The notes under the pieces were generated by a model that was not told the origin of the DNA, ran no database searches, and saw nothing but the letters and a program-made list of their open reading frames with translations. The translations under genes and the position numbers were made by a program. DNA of 32,000 nucleotides from Desulfotalea psychrophila LSv54 (GTDB taxonomy: Bacteria > Desulfobacterota > Desulfobulbia > Desulfobulbales > Desulfocapsaceae), in NCBI RefSeq assembly GCF_000025945.1, contig NC_006138.1:2640001-2672000 (forward strand), given 5' to 3'. Below, one piece after another: positions 27,523 to 32,000 of the stretch. Within the stretch, counting starts at the first letter, position 1, and the number at the start of each line of letters is the position of its first letter.

Positions 27523-29112
27523 ATGAAAAGTTCAAAGAGAAAGAGACTGGCCCTCCACCTCGACCAGCAGATCGAGGGTACGGTCTATACCGACCAGACA
27601 ACCCTGCAGCGCTATTCCACCGATAAATCCATTTATCAGGTGGTACCGCAAATGGTTGTAAGCCCTGCCTCAATGGAGGATCTTACTACCATAGTGAGCA
27701 CGGCCAGAGACGAGAACCTGTCTGTCACCGCCCGAGGTGGTGGTTCCGGAACGGCAGGTGCAGCCCTCGGTGAGGGTATTGTTATCCATCTGCCCCGCAA
27801 TGGTTTCCTAGGTAATATAGTTGACTTCAGCACCGGGGCTGGCAAGGACTATATTACTGTTGAAGCCGGTGTCTACCATGATACCATCCAGACATTTTTA
27901 AAAAAGGAGGGCTATTATCTGCCGGCAGACCCCTCCAGCTCCCCCCTCTGCCAGATAGGTGGCAATATTGCTACCAAGGCAAGCGGGCCACATGGCTTTT
28001 CCCATGGCAGTATCGACAGATTTTTACAGGATATCGAATATATCTCGGCCCGGGGTGAGCATATCGATTCGGCCCGGCCAAAGAGCATCCCGCCAACTCT
28101 CAGGGCAGCCCTTACCCAACTACAAGAGAAGGTTCGAGCTGATAAGGCAACGGTCTCCCTGCTAAAAAAACGGCGCAATTTCAAGACAGCAAGTGGCTAT
28201 AACCTCTTTGCCCTTATGGCTGAGCTGCAACCAGAAAAAATCCTGGCCCAGCTTTTCGCCGGCAGTGTCGGCAGTCTTGGCCTCATCACCCGAGCGACGT
28301 TGCGCGTTGAGCCCTATACCCCCGAAAAGGCGGCCCTCCTCCTCTACTTCACCGACCTCCATGCTCTCAGCCTGGCTACTCAGGAGGCAATTGCGGCAGA
28401 GGTAACTGCCATCGAGGTGATCAGTCAAGCCACCATCAGGCTCCTGAAAAGGAGGAAGGGAGCAGGAAGCGATGAACTCCATAACGGCCATCTGCTCTTT
28501 ATTGAATGTGAGGGGCCAATGCGGCAGGCCCGACTGGCGCAACTTAAGGAGAAGCTCAGAAAAAGCCCAAACCTCCTCGTCCCTCCCCAAGAGGCACAGA
28601 CAGAGGAAGAGCTTGCCAAACTGTGGAAAATCCGCAAACAGATCCTACCGGTACTTCTCCGACCCGGGGCTGGAATGAAGGCCCTCTCAATCGTCAATGA
28701 TGTTGGGGTTCCACCTCAGCACCTGGCCCACTTTATCGAGGACATTGAGACTTTTTTCAGAAAGAAGGGTCTGGAAACGGTGATCTATGGCCATGCGGGC
28801 AATGGCAATCTTCATCTCCGCCCTCTAATCAATATTAAAGAGACAGATCTGAAAGAGCGCATTCAGGCCATTGCCGACGGAGTCTACGAGATAGTCTTCC
28901 GCTATAAGGGTACCATCACCGCCGAACATGCCATGGGACGACTACGCACTCCCTATCTTGAACGGGAATGGGGCTCGTCCATATACAGGCACATGAAGAG
29001 GGTCAAAGATATTTTCGATCCAGATAATATCTTAAACCCCGAGGCAATGTTTGGCAGGGGAGCCATTACCGATAAGATGCGCCATGACCTATTTGAACCA
29101 GTTCAAAAATAA
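27523..29112 (+). CDS. FAD-linked oxidoreductase of the GlcD / D-2-hydroxyacid dehydrogenase family
   Basis: VVSPASMEDLTTIVSTARDENLSVTARGGGSGTAGAALGEGIVIHL (FAD_binding_4); FAGSVGSLGLITRATLRV; VIYGHAGNGNLHLRPLI; DPDNILNPEAMF. Start placed at MKSSKRKR; the track ORF start 27205 overlaps lat. Confidence 0.88.
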   Translation: MKSSKRKRLALHLDQQIEGTVYTDQTTLQRYSTDKSIYQVVPQMVVSPASMEDLTTIVSTARDENLSVTARGGGSGTAGAALGEGIVIHLPRNGFLGNIVDFSTGAGKDYITVEAGVYHDTIQTFLKKEGYYLPADPSSSPLCQIGGNIATKASGPHGFSHGSIDRFLQDIEYISARGEHIDSARPKSIPPTLRAALTQLQEKVRADKATVSLLKKRRNFKTASGYNLFALMAELQPEKILAQLFAGSVGSLGLITRATLRVEPYTPEKAALLLYFTDLHALSLATQEAIAAEVTAIEVISQATIRLLKRRKGAGSDELHNGHLLFIECEGPMRQARLAQLKEKLRKSPNLLVPPQEAQTEEELAKLWKIRKQILPVLLRPGAGMKALSIVNDVGVPPQHLAHFIEDIETFFRKKGLETVIYGHAGNGNLHLRPLINIKETDLKERIQAIADGVYEIVFRYKGTITAEHAMGRLRTPYLEREWGSSIYRHMKRVKDIFDPDNILNPEAMFGRGAITDKMRHDLFEPVQK

Positions 29113-29151
29113 GTTCCCTGATACATCTCATGTAAAGATGGAGAGAACATA

Positions 29152-30546
29152 ATGAAAAATGTAGATAGATTTGCCTGGCAACGACAGCCCCGGACAGAGA
29201 CCTACCTGGTAAGTTTAATAACAGATCTGGCAGAAAAAAATCCGCTCATTGGTAAACTTGATAATAAATTACAGACCATTACCTCGACAAGGATGCTCGA
29301 CTGGCTGGATCATATTGTGGCCGAGGATTCGCTGCTGCTTCGTCAACGTCTTAGTCAGTTGGGCTTTACCGAAAAAAGATCCCCTACAGGGAGCATTTTT
29401 TCCCCTCATGGCGTGAGCCTACCCAAAATTATTCTACCAGAATCAGTGAAAAGATCTCCTCCGGGTATCGCCCTAAAGGTAGACTCCATCGCTGATTTTC
29501 TCCAGTGCAACAGTCTCAGCGGTGAAATTGAGGGTACCCCCTTGGCCCAGGTACGAAAGTGCACGGCCTCCCGCAAGAATGGCACAGCCCTTTATGCGGT
29601 GGAACGCAGGGGCAGTGATGCTCTACCCCCAGCCCATATTGAAATTGATCCAGCCCGATATCTGCAGGCAATAGAAAAATGGCAGCGCCTGCCCAGGTCA
29701 GGGCCTGATCGCGATCAGACCTTTGCCCTGATAGTTCATACTGCCCAAGAGTTGGTTGAGAGCATGGGCCAAAACCTTGCCGCCCATATTGTCTGTGAAG
29801 CCGAGCGACGTTACTGGATGTCACGCAATCAGGCTGGGCGTATACAAAAGATGCGTCAGGATATTATGGGAATGGGATGGGCAAATCATGATCACCATAC
29901 CTTTCGCAGTTCAAGGAAACACTTTAATCAACTGATCAACCTCTTCACCCTCCTTGGCTTTCATAAGCGGGAAAGATTCTACGCAGGTGCTGAAGCGGGA
30001 TGGGGCGCCCAGGTAATGGAGAACCCCACAGCAGGCATCTCCCTCTTTCTCGATGTAGACCTGGCCCCGGAGGAGATGGAAGTTGATTTTTCCAGACAGG
30101 AACTGGCTGAGCGGGAAGAACTTGGCAGCGTAGGCCTGTGGTGCGCACTACACGGAGACTCGATTCTCGGTGCCGGCATGCACCATCTGGCGGCAGCCTT
30201 TCTCTTTGCTGATCTCCCCACCGACCTGGCAGGCTATAATATTAACTTTATGGAACCGTTTAGCGATTTTCCCTATCTCAAACAGGCATTTAGTTCGGGA
30301 GAGCGCTGGGACACTGATCCGGAGGTGGTACAAGGCCTGCTTAAAGATAGGCTTATCAGCGAAAAGCAGGCAGATCGATTCCTCGACAAGGGGGCCATTG
30401 GCAGCCATTTGGAGAATATTCAGCGCCGGGATGGCTATAAGGGCTTTAACCAAGAGAACGTCAGCGTCATCATAGCGGAAACTGATCCCCGAAGGGTTGC
30501 TGATGTTAGAGGGGACCTGCCCCATCACTGGTCGAAAATGCCGTAA
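29152..30546 (+). CDS. uncharacterized protein with two possible VOC-superfamily-like modules, last gene of a lysine-catabolism-like operon
   Basis: Strong ORF 39 nt downstream of the FAD enzyme; VOC-like segments MLDWLDHIVAEDSLLLRQRLSQLGF and NHDHHTFRSSRKHFNQLINLFTLLGFHKRERFYAGAEAGWGAQV. Confidence 0.8.
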   Translation: MKNVDRFAWQRQPRTETYLVSLITDLAEKNPLIGKLDNKLQTITSTRMLDWLDHIVAEDSLLLRQRLSQLGFTEKRSPTGSIFSPHGVSLPKIILPESVKRSPPGIALKVDSIADFLQCNSLSGEIEGTPLAQVRKCTASRKNGTALYAVERRGSDALPPAHIEIDPARYLQAIEKWQRLPRSGPDRDQTFALIVHTAQELVESMGQNLAAHIVCEAERRYWMSRNQAGRIQKMRQDIMGMGWANHDHHTFRSSRKHFNQLINLFTLLGFHKRERFYAGAEAGWGAQVMENPTAGISLFLDVDLAPEEMEVDFSRQELAEREELGSVGLWCALHGDSILGAGMHHLAAAFLFADLPTDLAGYNINFMEPFSDFPYLKQAFSSGERWDTDPEVVQGLLKDRLISEKQADRFLDKGAIGSHLENIQRRDGYKGFNQENVSVIIAETDPRRVADVRGDLPHHWSKMP

Positions 30547-30835
30547 CTTCTTTGTTGTAAGGGCATGCCCTACAGGTTTTCAACCGGCATAAGCATGGTT
30601 GATATCAAAAAAAAGTCTATCAGATCATGGATCTTCAACCTTTGTAATCTTAACCGAAAAGAGGGGCACTGGCTGGGGGCTACAAGATCAGCCTCTCAGC
30701 AGCTCCGGTCGGTTCCACAGACAATACGAGCAACAAATGCTGAGCCTGGAGAGGATGAAAGGCCTGCTTGAGAACAGGTTCATTAGCGGGACCACGTTGA
30801 ACAATTTCCTAGCTACATGTTTGATTATCTGTGGA

Positions 30836-31283
30836 TTATTTAAACAAAAACCTTTCTCTAAACCACCCAAGTTGCAACGTTGGTAAAAAGAATATCTTTA
30901 AACCATATTTGTATTGAAATGGTCGGTATTTATTTAGAGTATCGGTAAAATTTAACAATTTTTTCTCATCTTCGTCATAGCCTTGTTCTATTTTTATTTC
31001 TATGACCAAAAGATTATTCTCAAGTTCAAGCCTTCCACGTTTATGTATAACGATATCTGGTCTCTTATGATTTTTGTGAGAATCATGTTTCGGGTCAAGT
31101 TCTTCACCCATTTCGTTGTATTCACAATCAACATTAAATCCAGAGAAATACTCTTCTAGATTAACAGCATAACCTATGCGCAGTTGCCCATTCCAGTTTA
31201 TTGCATATCAGTTCCAGATCGTTGATCTGAACCTTTTTTATTGCCCCTAAGATAATTTTTTCTAAAATTTCGTGTTCCATCAT
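30836..31283 (-). pseudogene. PD-(D/E)XK nuclease-like protein split by a frameshift
   Basis: Frame A: MMEHEILEKIILGAIKKVQINDLELICNKLEWATAHR then stop at 31161. Frame B: GYAVNLEEYFSGFNVDCEYNEMGEELDPKHDSHKNHKRPDIVIHKRGRLELENNLLVIEIKIEQG..., containing the RPDIVIH...LLVIEIK core. Confidence 0.65.
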
Positions 31284-31341
31284 TTTTTTATCCAATGCAC
31301 TTCATCTTTTATTTAGATAACGCCAAGTTAAATAGCGCACG

Positions 31342-31707
31342 TTAACGCATCTCAGCTTTAGTCCTTATTGGCTTCTTGAACTTCGAAGCTAGTTTAAATT
31401 TTAAGTTGCTTACGGTCTCTTCTCTATCAAAAGAGGCTTGAACTGCAATAATTGGGATACAATTTCTTTTAGCCTCACGCAACTCCCATTGAACCCATTC
31501 AGACTCATTAATAGAGTTGGATGACATTAGCAGTAACAATTGAGCTTGCGATAGCATCTGTTCTACGTGGCGTTGCTTGTCTATTGAGTCGTTATGTAAC
31601 AAGTCGATGTAATAAGACCCGTATTCTGAAAGCACCTCGGACACACTCTCTAATAGTTTACGATCAATATAGTGATCTCTAGTGGTATAACTAACGAATA
31701 TTCCCAT
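31342..31707 (-). CDS. stand-alone TIR-domain protein (121 aa)
   Basis: MGIFVSYTTRDHYIDRKLLESVSEVLSEYGSYYIDLLHNDS...LLLLMSSNSINESEWVQWELREAKRNCIPIIAV, including the SxxxSxWV..EL helix with the putative catalytic Glu. Confidence 0.78.
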   Translation of the reverse strand: MGIFVSYTTRDHYIDRKLLESVSEVLSEYGSYYIDLLHNDSIDKQRHVEQMLSQAQLLLLMSSNSINESEWVQWELREAKRNCIPIIAVQASFDREETVSNLKFKLASKFKKPIRTKAEMR

Positions 31708-31708
31708 G

Positions 31709-31888
31709 TCACTTACCAATCCAATTCATAAAAAATGCAAACCAGCCTATAAGCCCTAGTGTCGATAAAGCATAGTAAAGAGACATTGAATGATTAAATG
31801 CCGCACCTAGCCAGCTTACTCCTAATTGTTCAGGTTGATAGTTGTCAATTAAATTTCTTTGAGCTATTGCTTGCAGTTTCCTGTTCAT
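31709..31888 (-). CDS. small one-helix membrane protein (59 aa) upstream of the TIR gene, not in the supplied ORF track
   Basis: MNRKLQAIAQRNLIDNYQPEQLGVSWLGAAFNHSMSLYYALSTLGLIGWFAFFMNWIGK*; the TGA is 1 nt from the TIR ATG (TGA-C-ATG), suggesting translational coupling. Confidence 0.6.
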   Translation of the reverse strand: MNRKLQAIAQRNLIDNYQPEQLGVSWLGAAFNHSMSLYYALSTLGLIGWFAFFMNWIGK

Positions 31889-32000
31889 GGCAATTCTCGT
31901 TTTTCTTTGAAAGTAATATGCTGAAAAAATCTGCGACCCAAAACCCGAAGCAAATTAATAGCGGTATGAGAAAATATGTATGATCAAGTTGGTTGTCAGT

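Noticed and set aside
31317-31357. Possible integron attC-like site (TAACGCC...GTTAAAT...GTTAACGC) after the TIR gene
   Set aside because: The inverted segment is under 40 bp with no paired R/L box arms, too short for an attC site, and no integrase is visible.

Overview
The window looks like a chromosomal segment from a Desulfotalea/Desulfobulbaceae-like delta-proteobacterium (inference from gene content only). Supported content, left to right: the C-terminal part of an SMC/Rad50-like ATPase entering from the left edge; thpR (RNA 2',3'-cyclic phosphodiesterase); a sensor-PAS-GGDEF diguanylate cyclase; a small Zn-ribbon protein; a GAF + sigma54-activator regulator; a formylglycine-generating-enzyme-like protein; a flavodoxin-like reductase with a TetR regulator; a korDABC-type 2-oxoacid:ferredoxin oxidoreductase operon whose gamma subunit is frameshifted in a G-run, followed by a DUF523 gene; a GntR/FadR regulator with an MFS transporter and a perfect 21-bp operator-like palindrome; a DUF4405 membrane protein; a three-gene cluster (aspartic-protease-like lipoprotein with six 24-bp tandem repeats, inactive-transglutaminase/7TM protein, alpha-L-glutamate-ligase-like ATP-grasp protein); a decayed IS transposase; a ThDP 2-ketoacid decarboxylase; and a lysine-catabolism-like operon (ALDH7, lysine 6-transaminase, FAD-linked 2-hydroxyacid dehydrogenase-like, and an uncharacterized protein with VOC-like motifs). 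At the right edge on the minus strand are a 59-aa one-helix membrane ORF (missing from the supplied track), a stand-alone TIR-domain protein and a frameshifted PD-(D/E)XK-like protein. The best leads are the VOC-like protein as a possible stand-in for the missing 2-oxoadipate-to-2-hydroxyglutarate step, and the membrane ORF/TIR/nuclease-like cluster as a possible defence module. All family calls come from motif recognition, with no database search.
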